This document shows positions 19,991-30,735 of a stretch of 64,000 bases of DNA, piece by piece. Positions within the stretch are counted from its first letter, which is position 1. Every line of letters begins with the position of its first letter. Location: the IMG/VR virus record IMGVR_UViG_3300025154_000071, positions 14,173 to 78,172 of that record; one strand, written 5' to 3'. The notes beneath the pieces were generated by a model. It was not told the origin of the DNA, searched no databases, and saw only the letters and a program-made list of their open reading frames with translations. This DNA is from a virus. Its lineage: Duplodnaviria > Caudoviricetes. Position numbers and translations under genes: made by a program.

Positions 19991-20332
19991 TTATTTTACT
20001 GTTATTATTTTAGACATATCCCTCAATTTTTCAATAAAGCCTTTAAACTGTGTTGATGCGAATGGCAAGACATAGACGTTCTTCTCTAATGTGTCAAGAA
20101 TATCTGTTTCTGATATTTCGAATAATATTCTTAATATATGCCCTATCTCAACTTCAGATAAAGAGTAGGTCTTTTTATCATATTTATTTTTAGCTTTTAT
20201 TTTTATATAAGTATAGTCCATATCTTTTTTATCCCTTGATAATTTTACCTGAGATATTGAGTTCATTGATACATCAATTGACTCTCTATGGTTATATGTT
20301 GCCTCTTCGTCTTGTTTCATTATAATGTCCAT
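19991..20332 (-). CDS. Hypothetical protein
   Basis: ORF track; AAGGAG RBS. Confidence 0.5.
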   Translation of the reverse strand: MDIIMKQDEEATYNHRESIDVSMNSISQVKLSRDKKDMDYTYIKIKAKNKYDKKTYSLSEVEIGHILRILFEISETDILDTLEKNVYVLPFASTQFKGFIEKLRDMSKIITVK

Positions 20333-20507
20333 ACTTGCTCCTTCATCTGTTCAAATCTTTAATATTTTTTATAGTAACATTTCTTGAACTGTCTGAAAAA
20401 ATGTGAGATAACGCCAGCCACAATGCAATCCACCACAAAGTATTTTGTATTGCACTAAGATTATTATTTATATTAACAAGAATTTCATTGGTTTCCATAT
20501 TTGCTCC

Positions 20508-20801
20508 TTAAAAAAGTGACGGTTTTTCCTCTATTACTTTTTCTTTCTTTCTTGATACTTTGGCAACTTCTGGCTGTTGTGTTTTCTTCCATATTACATA
20601 CTGTATCTTCGTCATTTCAAGTATGGCCGGTTCATCGTAACAGACGTTAAATATTTTATTACATCTTCTGCAATATACACAGACATTTACTTCGGATAAA
20701 TCTGGAAACATTATTGCGCTTACTATACCAGATTCCACTGAATCCTGCCATGTATTTTGTTTGCACTTGGGACATAGAACTATATTTTTTTCTAACATCA
20801 T
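20508..20801 (-). CDS. Zn-ribbon protein
   Basis: CPKC...CRRC; ends PSLF. Confidence 0.55.
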   Translation of the reverse strand: MMLEKNIVLCPKCKQNTWQDSVESGIVSAIMFPDLSEVNVCVYCRRCNKIFNVCYDEPAILEMTKIQYVIWKKTQQPEVAKVSRKKEKVIEEKPSLF

Positions 20802-20817
20802 TTGCTCCTTAAATAGA

Positions 20818-20845
20818 ATAGAAGCGAGATCGCTCTCGCCTCTAT
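20818..20845 (-). terminator. 12-bp hairpin with GCGA (GNRA) loop
   Basis: ATAGAGGCGAGA-GCGA-TCTCGCTTCTAT downstream of the SSB-like gene. Confidence 0.55.
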
Positions 20846-20868
20846 CTCTTATTTAGTTATTCGATTGA

Positions 20869-21405
20869 CTATACGCCCCAATGCTGATTATTATTGCCCT
20901 GCGGATATACGGGCGGCTGGGCCGAAGGAGGCGCCTGTTGCTGATACTGGCTCTGCGGAGCATACTGCTGCGGCTGAGGCTGCTGATACTGCTGAGGATT
21001 AAACTGCTGCTGACCCTGAACGGGAGGCTGTGCGGGAACTCTAGGATGCAGATAAGTTGCGGCATCATAATTAGTTCTCATATTGGGCATTATGATAGAA
21101 ACCTGACCACTCTGATAGTTAGCAATTACCTGAGCTTCAAGATTCTTTTTGAAGTCTTCATTTGCTACGCCACCACGATAGTTGTTGTTCCATTTGCCTT
21201 CGGTAGTTTTCCACGGTGCATTAGCGATCTCAAACCATATGCCGCCATCTTTTTTAGTTTTCAATTCGCCTTTAAGATAGATAAGGTCGTTGAAAAGCAT
21301 CATCACATTAATTTTGGTGCCGGCCTGTGTCTGTTTAACCTCGAAATTGCAAGCGGTAAGGATTAACTGTGGTTTCATCTGGTTGTTCATTTTATTCTCC
21401 TTCAT
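20869..21405 (-). CDS. SpoVG-like single-stranded nucleic acid binding protein with Q/P-rich tail
   Basis: GIWFEIANAPWKTTEGKWNNNY...EDFKKNLEAQVIANY resembles the SpoVG fold; located in the Sak4/DnaB module. Confidence 0.55.
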   Translation of the reverse strand: MKENKMNNQMKPQLILTACNFEVKQTQAGTKINVMMLFNDLIYLKGELKTKKDGGIWFEIANAPWKTTEGKWNNNYRGGVANEDFKKNLEAQVIANYQSGQVSIIMPNMRTNYDAATYLHPRVPAQPPVQGQQQFNPQQYQQPQPQQYAPQSQYQQQAPPSAQPPVYPQGNNNQHWGV

Positions 21406-22816
21406 TACTAAATTGTTTTTGATACGTTTTGAAATTATTTTGTTTTTGTTTAGAGTTCTGTAAATTAATCATAGATTCAATATAGATTATATCTTGCTGA
21501 ATACACTCTTCAATAATGCCACTCATTGTATTATGTTTTAGCCATATGCTAAACTCTCTGCCGAACCTATCCTTTTTCAATCCAAACTTAAGATAACGAT
21601 ACATATTCGGATTATCTGTTTTTGGATTTACTACCTCTGGTGACCAGAGCATCATAACCTTATCGCTATTCTGCTCAATACCAGAGGCTCCTTTCAAATC
21701 TGCCAAGCCAGGTTCTCTTTGAACGATTGAGCCATCTGTTCTCATTTTGATATCATCTTTACGATGTAGATGACTAACTAAGAATATTGTTACTTTATAT
21801 TTATTTGCTAATATTTTAAGTTCTGATGTAATCCAATCTATACGTTCGCGCTCTGATAACTTAGAGCCAGGCATCTTGATTAACTGTAATAAATCGATTA
21901 CAAAGAATTTAAAACCCTTAGGAACCATTGCTCGTATTGCGTTTGTTATATCGGAATAGTTATATAAATCATCCCTTACAAATATTGGTGTTTTAGCCAT
22001 TTGTATTGCTGACTGTTCTATTTCAAGGAATCTCTCATCTGGTATTTCTTTTCGTATGAGTTGGTCTGCTGTTATACATCCATTGAGATAGTGAACTATT
22101 CTGCGAGATAACATCTGCTCGATTGGCATTTCAAGTGAAAACATACAACACGGCACATTATACATTTGTGCGATATACTCAAGTATTTGCACGGCGATAA
22201 GCGTTTTGCCAACGCCTGTATCTGCAGCAAGTGTTATAAGTTGAGATAATGCAATGCCACGAGCTGTTATTAAATTATCAATTACTCTAATTCCTGTTTT
22301 ATATATATCTTCCTTACGGTTGATATATGACATGAAATCGCCGGCATAAAGGCTATTGTCTTTAACTTCGTATTTGGCTAACCCCGTTAAGGCGATTGTA
22401 TAAGCGTCATTAATATTACTTACAGCATCCGATAGTGATTTGCATGCTAATAACGATTGCGGTAGTTTCTTTGTAAAGAATCTATGCTTATAGTGCGATA
22501 GCAGTGCTTCTATTATTTTAGGAACATCTGATATTTTAAACACGCTACGTTTGACGTTGTAAATCGGATTATTAACAGTCTCTTCTACTATCGAATGCGT
22601 AATTTGCTGTTGCCCTCTTAATACAGCCTTTATTAACTTCCCAACTGCGCTATTGCTTATCATTTCATCCGGTATATTTGGCGCTATTGATTCTATTGAT
22701 GTTGGATAATCTGATATTAAGCACAGTAAGTCAACTTCACTCTGTATTACGGGGTCGCCAGATAAGTCGATAGGACAATCAGCGATCTGAGAATTTATAT
22801 CTGCTATATCTGGCAT
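21392..22816 (-). CDS. dnaB: Replicative DnaB-like helicase
   Basis: ADTGVGKT, FSLEM, VIDLLQL, LVSHLHR, DLKGASGIEQNSD, KDRFG. Confidence 0.9.
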   Translation of the reverse strand: MPDIADINSQIADCPIDLSGDPVIQSEVDLLCLISDYPTSIESIAPNIPDEMISNSAVGKLIKAVLRGQQQITHSIVEETVNNPIYNVKRSVFKISDVPKIIEALLSHYKHRFFTKKLPQSLLACKSLSDAVSNINDAYTIALTGLAKYEVKDNSLYAGDFMSYINRKEDIYKTGIRVIDNLITARGIALSQLITLAADTGVGKTLIAVQILEYIAQMYNVPCCMFSLEMPIEQMLSRRIVHYLNGCITADQLIRKEIPDERFLEIEQSAIQMAKTPIFVRDDLYNYSDITNAIRAMVPKGFKFFVIDLLQLIKMPGSKLSERERIDWITSELKILANKYKVTIFLVSHLHRKDDIKMRTDGSIVQREPGLADLKGASGIEQNSDKVMMLWSPEVVNPKTDNPNMYRYLKFGLKKDRFGREFSIWLKHNTMSGIIEECIQQDIIYIESMINLQNSKQKQNNFKTYQKQFSNEGE

Positions 22817-22827
22817 TTATCCCGTCC

Positions 22828-23949
22828 TTAGAACAAAACTTTAGGGTCACTGTTTACAGGCTGTGCATTCTGACGTTTTATAAAATCTGATGTTGCTCTT
22901 ATATGTTCAACACCAAGATTTTTAAATATTACTTCAGTTATGCCAGTTGCCTGTGATATTAAAGATTTCTGCGCTTCCTGATTGTCAGATACGCCGATCT
23001 GTCCGAACAACGACATTAACTCGCTAATAGCCGATGACCTTTCTGATGCTACATTGGTTGGCATAGGTGCTGCGGGAGCGACAGGCTGTTGCATTACAGG
23101 GGGCTGCTGAACATACTGAGGCTGAACTGGCTGTGCATACTGCTGGGGCTGCGGCTGATATGTCGGCTGTTGATACGGCTGCTGCTGAAATGTATTCTGT
23201 GCATACTGAACTGGAGCCTGTTCAACTGCTCTTATGGGAGCGCCAGACACCCTCCACTGTTCGAATGCAGTTCCGATGCTTTCATCCATAATAAGCTGAC
23301 CGCCAAACATACCAGTTCTATCCTTAGATGTAAAGCCATAATGGTCAAGGTTAATATCGAATACGGTAGTAAACTCATACTCAATGCCATCACGGATAAT
23401 CGGGGCCATACCAACCTTACGAGGAACCTGTTTGCCCTTCTCATTGGTTTCCATGACGTAATCCTGTTTCGCTCTCATGGTACAGATTATCGTACATTTT
23501 GACTGGAGTATCGCATCAATCATTCTCTGGAATATCGGCGTTACCTGTTTCCATGCTGCATATGAGTTACTTGAATTTGAGTTGTTGACCTTATCGAGAG
23601 CGCCGCCCGTACCGTTCCATGAGTGAGAAAGGCTATCAAGTATTACAACCTGATAGTTTCCCTGTTCGGCACATTGAATTGCCTGTACATATCTTTCAGG
23701 TGCATACGGAGGGCCGAAAGGAATAACATCGAACTGACCTATCTTTTTCGATAAGCCTTTAATATCTGCGTTTGAATATAATTCGGATGAGCTGTTTTCT
23801 GTATCGATGACGAGTATTTTTGACCAGTCTTTCGTGATGCCATAAGCTATCATAAGCGCCGATAATGTTTTGCCTGAACCTGATGGACCAGATATTGCTA
23901 TTTTAGGACATACCTGAGTTCTTTCCGCTTTTCTAATTTGGAAATTCAT
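22828..23949 (-). CDS. Sak4-like AAA ATPase / ssDNA annealing protein
   Basis: GPSGSGKT, VIDTE, ILDSLSHSW, TMRAK, IEYEF; Q/P/Y-rich linker. Confidence 0.8.
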   Translation of the reverse strand: MNFQIRKAERTQVCPKIAISGPSGSGKTLSALMIAYGITKDWSKILVIDTENSSSELYSNADIKGLSKKIGQFDVIPFGPPYAPERYVQAIQCAEQGNYQVVILDSLSHSWNGTGGALDKVNNSNSSNSYAAWKQVTPIFQRMIDAILQSKCTIICTMRAKQDYVMETNEKGKQVPRKVGMAPIIRDGIEYEFTTVFDINLDHYGFTSKDRTGMFGGQLIMDESIGTAFEQWRVSGAPIRAVEQAPVQYAQNTFQQQPYQQPTYQPQPQQYAQPVQPQYVQQPPVMQQPVAPAAPMPTNVASERSSAISELMSLFGQIGVSDNQEAQKSLISQATGITEVIFKNLGVEHIRATSDFIKRQNAQPVNSDPKVLF

Positions 23950-23973
23950 TTTATTCGCTCCTTAAATATTTAA

Positions 23974-24195
23974 TTATTTTGTTTCGGGTATCTGATAAGC
24001 CATATCGTTCAATACATTGGCATGAGTTATATTAAACTCATTAAGCGCCTGGACGACTGCCTGTTGTTTACTTAACTGCATCGCTTTCGCAATTACGTCA
24101 AACCTTAAACATACCGCATTGCTTGTGTTATCATCTTCCGGTATCTTAATATTTACTTGCACTTTGCTCTCCTCCTGCTCATTGATTTCCTCCAT
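23974..24195 (-). CDS. Ribbon-helix-helix-like regulator
   Basis: VQVNIKIP beta strand followed by two helices (SKQQAVVQALNEF); has its own promoter. Confidence 0.5.
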   Translation of the reverse strand: MEEINEQEESKVQVNIKIPEDDNTSNAVCLRFDVIAKAMQLSKQQAVVQALNEFNITHANVLNDMAYQIPETK

Positions 24196-24202
24196 TAATC
24201 AT

Positions 24203-24231
24203 ATTTTAGCATAGATGTTTCTAAATGTCAA
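24203..24231 (-). promoter_or_regulatory. sigma70/sigmaA promoter
   Basis: GTTC-TTGACA-17-TAAAAT with TG extension. Confidence 0.75.
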
Positions 24232-24326
24232 GAACTTTCTTATTATTTTTTTAACTTCTCCTTCCAAATAGACTATCCATAATAACAACTATAGCCAATA
24301 ACAGCATTCCAATCAAGAAGCACCTC

Positions 24327-24695
24327 CTAGTCTACAAAGTTTAATAACATATCGGTTATATCCTCCTTTAAATTATATAATGCCGATCTGTTATTATCTT
24401 CTAATTTATCATATATCCATTTCCACACTTCTTTCATCTTTCCTTTATTTATTCTATGATTCTTTTTTGATTTACATGCATTACATTCATTTCCTATCTT
24501 GGTCCCATTTGTTGGAAATGTCTGGTTACATATAGCACATCGATAATATTTTTGTTTAGATTCTTTTTGATAAATATATCTACGCTCAATGCCAAATCTT
24601 TTCTTATAACATTTATTACATAGGTTATAATTATCTTCATGCGTTTCTTTATGATCTTTAACTAACTGGCGCTGACAATCGGTGCGTCTAGTCAT
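24327..24695 (-). CDS. Zn-finger protein
   Basis: CNKC, CAIC, CNAC. Confidence 0.55.
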   Translation of the reverse strand: MTRRTDCQRQLVKDHKETHEDNYNLCNKCYKKRFGIERRYIYQKESKQKYYRCAICNQTFPTNGTKIGNECNACKSKKNHRINKGKMKEVWKWIYDKLEDNNRSALYNLKEDITDMLLNFVD

Positions 24696-24704
24696 TCCTC
24701 GCCC

Positions 24705-25650
24705 CTATCTCAATGCTTTTATTTTTCGCAACAATCTTTCTATAAATGTTTTTGGCTTTATTATATATTGTTTAGGGTTATGAAACCAGTAATCTAAGCC
24801 TATTTTTTGACATTCTGTACAAAACCATGAACTTGTTTTGCTTTGCTCGATTTGTTCTGCCGTCATGTCGATTATTTTTCCAAGAGGCGCAAAATTAGAC
24901 GCGCAGCAACAAAGTAAAAGTTCGCCTTTGGTGTTTATCGCCAAAATTTTTGATTGTGGGCATTTGTAGTCCACGGGGCGTTGCTTAACAAGCTCCTCAA
25001 TGTAGTCAAGAAATGGGCCTGTTACATCTTTTGATTTTAAATCGGCGCCAGTTAAAAAATCATACGCCATAACGAAGTCATTGAAATAGGCGTAAGTAGG
25101 CGAAAATACATAGCCTCTTTTCTTGGCCCACTCTGCCGCCGGCTCAATCTCATCTAAATTAAACTGATAAACATGATACGAGATTTGCACATAACCGTTA
25201 AAGCCAAATCCGCGACAAGTTGTAACTATCTTTTCAATGTTTTTGATGACCTTTTCAAAATCAAAATCATGCACACGGTCATAAGACTTTTGTGAAAATC
25301 CAGGCAAAGAGAAAACTATCCCTTGTAATAACTTCATTGCCCCGATCTGGCTTTCAAAAAGTTTCAAAGGCATTGAGCCATTTGTACTTATTATAAAAGG
25401 CGTTTGATTGTCGCTTAAGCTCTCACAAATATTACCGAAATAAGGGCTAGTCATAGGTTCTGCCCAGTTATAAAGGTGGATGACGGTTTTATTGTCTATT
25501 ACTTTTTGTGCTTTTAGATGTTCGATAATTTCATTTAATCGGTTACTCGGCATTGAAATCTGTTGTTCTTTTTTTGCTATTGCCAGTAGAGCACCACGGG
25601 CATTGGGCATTACAAAAATTAGTAATATCTATGTTTATTTGCCTATACAT
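24705..25650 (-). pseudogene. Radical SAM/SPASM-twitch enzyme split by +1 frameshift in an A7 run
   Basis: ATG 25650 gives MYRQINIDITNFCNAQCPWCSTGNSKK (CxxxCxxC). Removing one T of 25569-25575 joins the 24705..25610 frame (NWAEP, STNG, CP...CC...CTEC). Confidence 0.8.
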
Positions 25651-26146
25651 CTTTCACTCGCTTTCTCTGCGCCAAAATATGGCATTTAATTTTATTTAAA
25701 CAACATCCTGTTTCCTTGGCCTCATTTTGAGCTTTGCCCTCTTCGCTGAAAGCGGTTATCAAGTCGCCATCGGTATCTGTAAGCACATAAATATCCAATT
25801 CGTTTGTATTTGTCGGCCTTTGTTCAATCTCGGCCTTGAGTTCTTCCTTCTCTTTTTGCAAAATATCAACCTCGTCAATAAGAGCATCGATGTATTCATC
25901 TTCGCTGATATATCTTATTGGCTCGCTTTTTAGTTTATCAAGCTCGGCCTTGAGGCGGGCGATTTCGTCTTTGTACTCCGCTATTCTTTTACCTTTGCGT
26001 AAAACAGCATCAGTTAACTTTTCAATATCCGAGGCCATGCGCTCGGCGGCTTCATTTATTTCATGTATTACATCGTTATATTCCCCATTTGACGGCTCCC
26101 ATATATATTTATTTTTATCTTTTATTATAGCAAGATTTTTGTTCAT
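25643..26146 (-). CDS. Coiled-coil hypothetical protein
   Basis: ORF track; heptad-rich. Confidence 0.55.
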   Translation of the reverse strand: MNKNLAIIKDKNKYIWEPSNGEYNDVIHEINEAAERMASDIEKLTDAVLRKGKRIAEYKDEIARLKAELDKLKSEPIRYISEDEYIDALIDEVDILQKEKEELKAEIEQRPTNTNELDIYVLTDTDGDLITAFSEEGKAQNEAKETGCCLNKIKCHILAQRKRVKDV

Positions 26147-26430
26147 ATTTCCTCACTGTCCTTCATTATCTTTACAAGTGCTTCTTTATAATCAATACTA
26201 TCGCCATTGACAAAATATTTCTCTTTATCTATTAACTCTTGAATGCTATCTCTTATAAATTCTAACTGTTCAATCTTTTCTTCTTTCTTCCAATACTTAA
26301 ACATTTCTGTGGCTTCTTTTTCTATTTGTGACTCAAGTATATCTATCACATCATCTTCGTTCTCTTCAACTATATTTTTAAGATTAAGCCTATTACCACA
26401 CTCCGGGCATTCTACTATGTTATATTTCAT
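26143..26430 (-). CDS. Zn-ribbon-containing acidic protein
   Basis: CPECG; ATGA-type overlap. Confidence 0.5.
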   Translation of the reverse strand: MKYNIVECPECGNRLNLKNIVEENEDDVIDILESQIEKEATEMFKYWKKEEKIEQLEFIRDSIQELIDKEKYFVNGDSIDYKEALVKIMKDSEEI

Positions 26431-27391
26431 AATGATTTACTCTCCTTCTGCATATTTCATAAACATCGTTTAGTTTCCAATCTTTTTTCGGCAACTGTAT
26501 TTTATACTTCATGCCATGATCTAATTTAAATAAAGATTTCAAATCATAAGTGTTGCTCGCTACTCTTATAAATGTTGAGTTCTCAACGATAGCTATCTTA
26601 TATCCATAGTTATAACATCTACTAAATATATATGTTAAGTCTGCATTGCAAACATTATCAGAGTTAAAAACAATAACATCAGTATTATTGACATCGCTAA
26701 TTAATAATACGTCCTGGCCGCTTGTTATCTTTCTATTAGCAGGCGCTATTACCTCATCATATTTATCCACTATTGCCATAAGTTCTTTATAAATCTTGCC
26801 TTTAGCGAAATTAGCCTTAGCTAAGTTAACCATAAGTTCAAGTAACTGTATCGATGTGCCATTAAGCCTTGATATATATACTGCCTTATGAAAGTTAGTT
26901 GCTAACTGGTCGCTATAGAATGAAGCTGTATCGCATTTAATAGCAATATCAGTTAATCTATATTTCTGCTTATCGTTAAGAAAATTACCAGCACATAATA
27001 ACGCTGCCGATATGATCCCATCTGCATCTGTACCGAAGCATACAAGATTACGAGATAGCTTTTCAAACTTCATATCCTTAATGATTTCAGCACAGCTTCT
27101 TGTATCTCTTAGCACTAAATTATTAGATGCATTATATTTAATAACTGCCTCAGCGCTCCAATTCTCGAAATGATGGTCAACCCATAATATATTCTGACTG
27201 GAACGCATATACTTATCGATTATGCCATATGTTGCTTGCGGGTCATGAAAATCTGGCCCAACGTCCAGAACATATATATCCGTGAACCTATTATTAACTC
27301 TATCGTTTAGTATCTTGCGTATTGTCCCGTTGCATACAGGCATTAGAACAATGTGTGTGTCAACCTCCCATGATTTATTTTTTAATTTCAT
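26420..27391 (-). CDS. DHH-family phosphoesterase with permuted motif order
   Basis: VLDVG, WVDHH, RSCAEII, then TDADGIISAALL. Confidence 0.65.
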   Translation of the reverse strand: MKLKNKSWEVDTHIVLMPVCNGTIRKILNDRVNNRFTDIYVLDVGPDFHDPQATYGIIDKYMRSSQNILWVDHHFENWSAEAVIKYNASNNLVLRDTRSCAEIIKDMKFEKLSRNLVCFGTDADGIISAALLCAGNFLNDKQKYRLTDIAIKCDTASFYSDQLATNFHKAVYISRLNGTSIQLLELMVNLAKANFAKGKIYKELMAIVDKYDEVIAPANRKITSGQDVLLISDVNNTDVIVFNSDNVCNADLTYIFSRCYNYGYKIAIVENSTFIRVASNTYDLKSLFKLDHGMKYKIQLPKKDWKLNDVYEICRRRVNHYEI

Positions 27392-30300
27392 CTTTATTTT
27401 TCTCCTCTTTATTCGAAAATGCAGCAGGGCATAGATCTCTCATCTTATTATATAACGCTCTTGAAATCATTATATCAGTGTCCTTTAGTCTAGGCATTTG
27501 TTTTATATCAATAACTATTAATCTATAGCCGGCTAATGCGCTAATCAATGGGAATATAGGCATATCTTCTTTATTCATCATTCGGCTCCTTATCTTTTAA
27601 GTCTATTCCAATTTCAATAATTTCAGCGTCTCGATTATCTTTAAGACTATCGTCTGCTTTGCTAAGTATTTCCTTACTGTGTTTCTCATAATATCCATTC
27701 ACCTTTCTCTTATATTCACGCTGTTGTACCTTATATTCTTCTGGATGATCTTTCTTCCATTTGGCTGATGTCTTTTTAGAGGCACCTGGAGTTTTTTTCT
27801 GATAATCTAATGCAGATTTGATATGGTCTTTTGCATACTGTTCTATATAAGTTTCTAATTGATTGCACAGATCGTCTTTGGTAAGTGCCTCGTGTGTCCT
27901 ATATTCTTGTATAATGCTTCTGATGTCTTTTATTAATCCCATGATTACTCCTTATTTATTATTAACTTATATCCATTAGTAGTATAAATAGCGGTCCAGC
28001 CTTGTTCGATGATATAATCCTTTACAATATTTGCAATTTGTTCTTCGGAGTCGGCGCGACCCATAATATTATTTAATGCTTTCCCAGAATTATCCGATGA
28101 TGGAACAAGTTTAATTGTTAATAACTTCGCTATTCTTTTTGGTGTTTCATGTGATAATATCCATTCTGTATATTCTGGCGCAATTTTGTGTAATGCCCAT
28201 GCTTTATAATGATATGGTGCTTTCTCATAAGTCGCATAAAATGATAACCATGATTTACGATATTTTCTCATTAATTTTCTACACCATATTATACCATCAA
28301 AACAAGCACCTGCCTGTTCTAATATTGCGTTGGTTAATATTAATTTATTTTTCATTTTATTTCTCCTTATTCTTTTTTTTACTTACACATTTTGCTAACA
28401 TATCATTAGCCCATTTTATCTCTTCATTGAGAATCTCTATTCTTTTATAATATTGACTTGTTGTTTTTTCATGTTCAGATTCTTGAATAGATATAAGTTG
28501 CTTTGTTTTGTCTTTTATTTTTTTTATATCATCCTTTATTCGTAATGGATTTTCTAATATCTCTCTACGAAAATGTAAACAGTTTGCTTTTATTTTATTG
28601 ATACAATCCAATAAAGAATCACCTAATTCTATGCAATCATTGCAGTATTGATAATATTCTTCGTTGCCTTCTTTATAATTTATGATATAATCAAAATTAC
28701 TATAGCATATAAATCCGAATGAATCTTCTTTTATATTATACACTATCTCGGCATATTGGCTAATACCATAAATTATTTTGCCGACATCAACAAAAAACTC
28801 ATCAAAATCATGGTCTTGTTTCATTATCATCTTATTTACTCCTTCCCATCTCGCTCTACTTGTACTTGAAATATCAACTTTCTTTCGCTATCATTCGCTG
28901 TTACCCATATAGATGAAAAATCTGTTATATCTACCAATACTTCTGCTGCCTTAGATATATCTACGCATTGTTGGGTTAGGCCACTTTTTACTTTTAAAGT
29001 CAATTTATGCATAAATACCTCTTTTCTGTCTCTTATAATCATTAACTCTACACTGTAATCTCACCAATGCCTGTTCGAGCGTTTTCATCGATATTTTTCT
29101 TTTGCCTTTTGTTATTAATACCCTTGGATATGTTTCGCAATATAATATAGAATTACTTACATCATTCAGATCAAGAAATATCAGTTCATAGTTGCCTTCA
29201 AAAAAATCAAAATCTAACAATGGGCTGTTGCCTTCTCTTTCGTTTGCTTCTTTTAATAAATTTTGTTTCATTTCGTTTGTTATAACTAAGGTATCTATTC
29301 TCATTTTTTATCGCTCCTTTTATTTTAATAATTCAATTTTTCTAACACAATAAACTCGTGTTATTCCATCAAGATTTGTTACTTTAACCTCAAGTCCCCA
29401 TATTTGTGGTTCCATACATTCTACTGATTTGGTGCTTTCGTCGGTATAAATAATACCTCCATCACAAAGAATTAGTTTTAATTTTAGAGAAAATGTATTC
29501 ATATTAATTCCCCCTCAAGTTCTGGTTCTTGGGGATGCAATATTTTATTTAATTCTTCGTCATCGATATTAATATCTACAATATTTAAATAGTCAAAACT
29601 ACTATCCTCTCTATATTCAAAAATTTTATCATATAAAAGATCAGAATTAGCATCAAATGCATACTCGTCTTGCACTTCCAATGCTTCTGGCGCATATTGG
29701 TCATCATACATACAATGCCTTCGACCAAATAAAACTTTAATTTTCATTCTATTTCCTCCTGTATGTTTTTCTTATAGTCTAATAATGCAATACTTAACTT
29801 CGATCCTTTTTTATTATCTCGTATTATTATATCGAGTTCCATTATTGTCTTTTCCCTTGCCCAGGTATATCCCTTTTGGAAACCATGTCCATATTCTGTT
29901 ATCCCAGTAATGATAAAATTCTTCATTCTCTCTACACCTCATATTTACCCGTTCCTCTGCATGCACCGCATTTTATGTGTCTTCCCCATCTATCTAAATT
30001 ATCATACCAACCCGAACCATTACAAGCACAACATCTTTCTTCAACAATTTCTGTATTTAAAATATATTCTTTAACGCTAAATACATCCTCTTTGCCGCAT
30101 TCTTCCAGTCTTTTTAAATTTAATTCTAATGTCCTGTTTTCTGCCAATATTTTAGATTTAAATAATTCAATAACTTCTTCGTATGAATATGTGTAATTAT
30201 CTGAAAAACTTTCCGTTACAGCATAAATTTTCATTTTAAATGTTCCTTTTTATTCTTTTTGTCAAAATATGAAGGGCTTATTTCTTTAATCGCAGCAACA

Positions 30301-30587
30301 AGTCCATCAAGTTTACATTTGTCGCATAATATTGATTGATCTGGAGGATAATCACAAGAATCAACACTATATATTTTTACCATAAATCTTCTAACGGTAT
30401 CTGCATATTCTCCATCAATTGTCCTTATAGCCCTAAGATTGTCTAAGTTCGGGGTAACCAACATAACGTCTATTTCTTTATCACACCTTGAACAAATTAT
30501 TCGATACTTAGTTTCTGTAATTATTCCCATATTTATTCTCCTTTTTTTATTTCTACCAACATCCATTACTCTGTATTTGTATTTCAA
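27375..30587 (-). other. Array of 11 short hypothetical ORFs (27375-27581, 27571-27942, 27945-28355, 28357-28830, 28836-29012, 29005-29304, 29320-29502, 29499-29747, 29744-29926, 29932-30234, 30231-30587)
   Basis: Head-to-tail, abutting or overlapping, with AAGGAG/GGAGG RBSs; no recognisable family. Confidence 0.6.
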
Positions 30588-30735
30588 AGATTAATTTTTT
30601 GTTACTATCGTTTGTAGTTATAATTATGTCGTTTAAGTCTTTAATGTTTACAATTATCTCGCCTGCCTTAGAAACGTCTATAGACTGTTGGTTTTGTTCG
30701 CCTATTATTGTTAAAATCATTCATGCCTCCTTATT

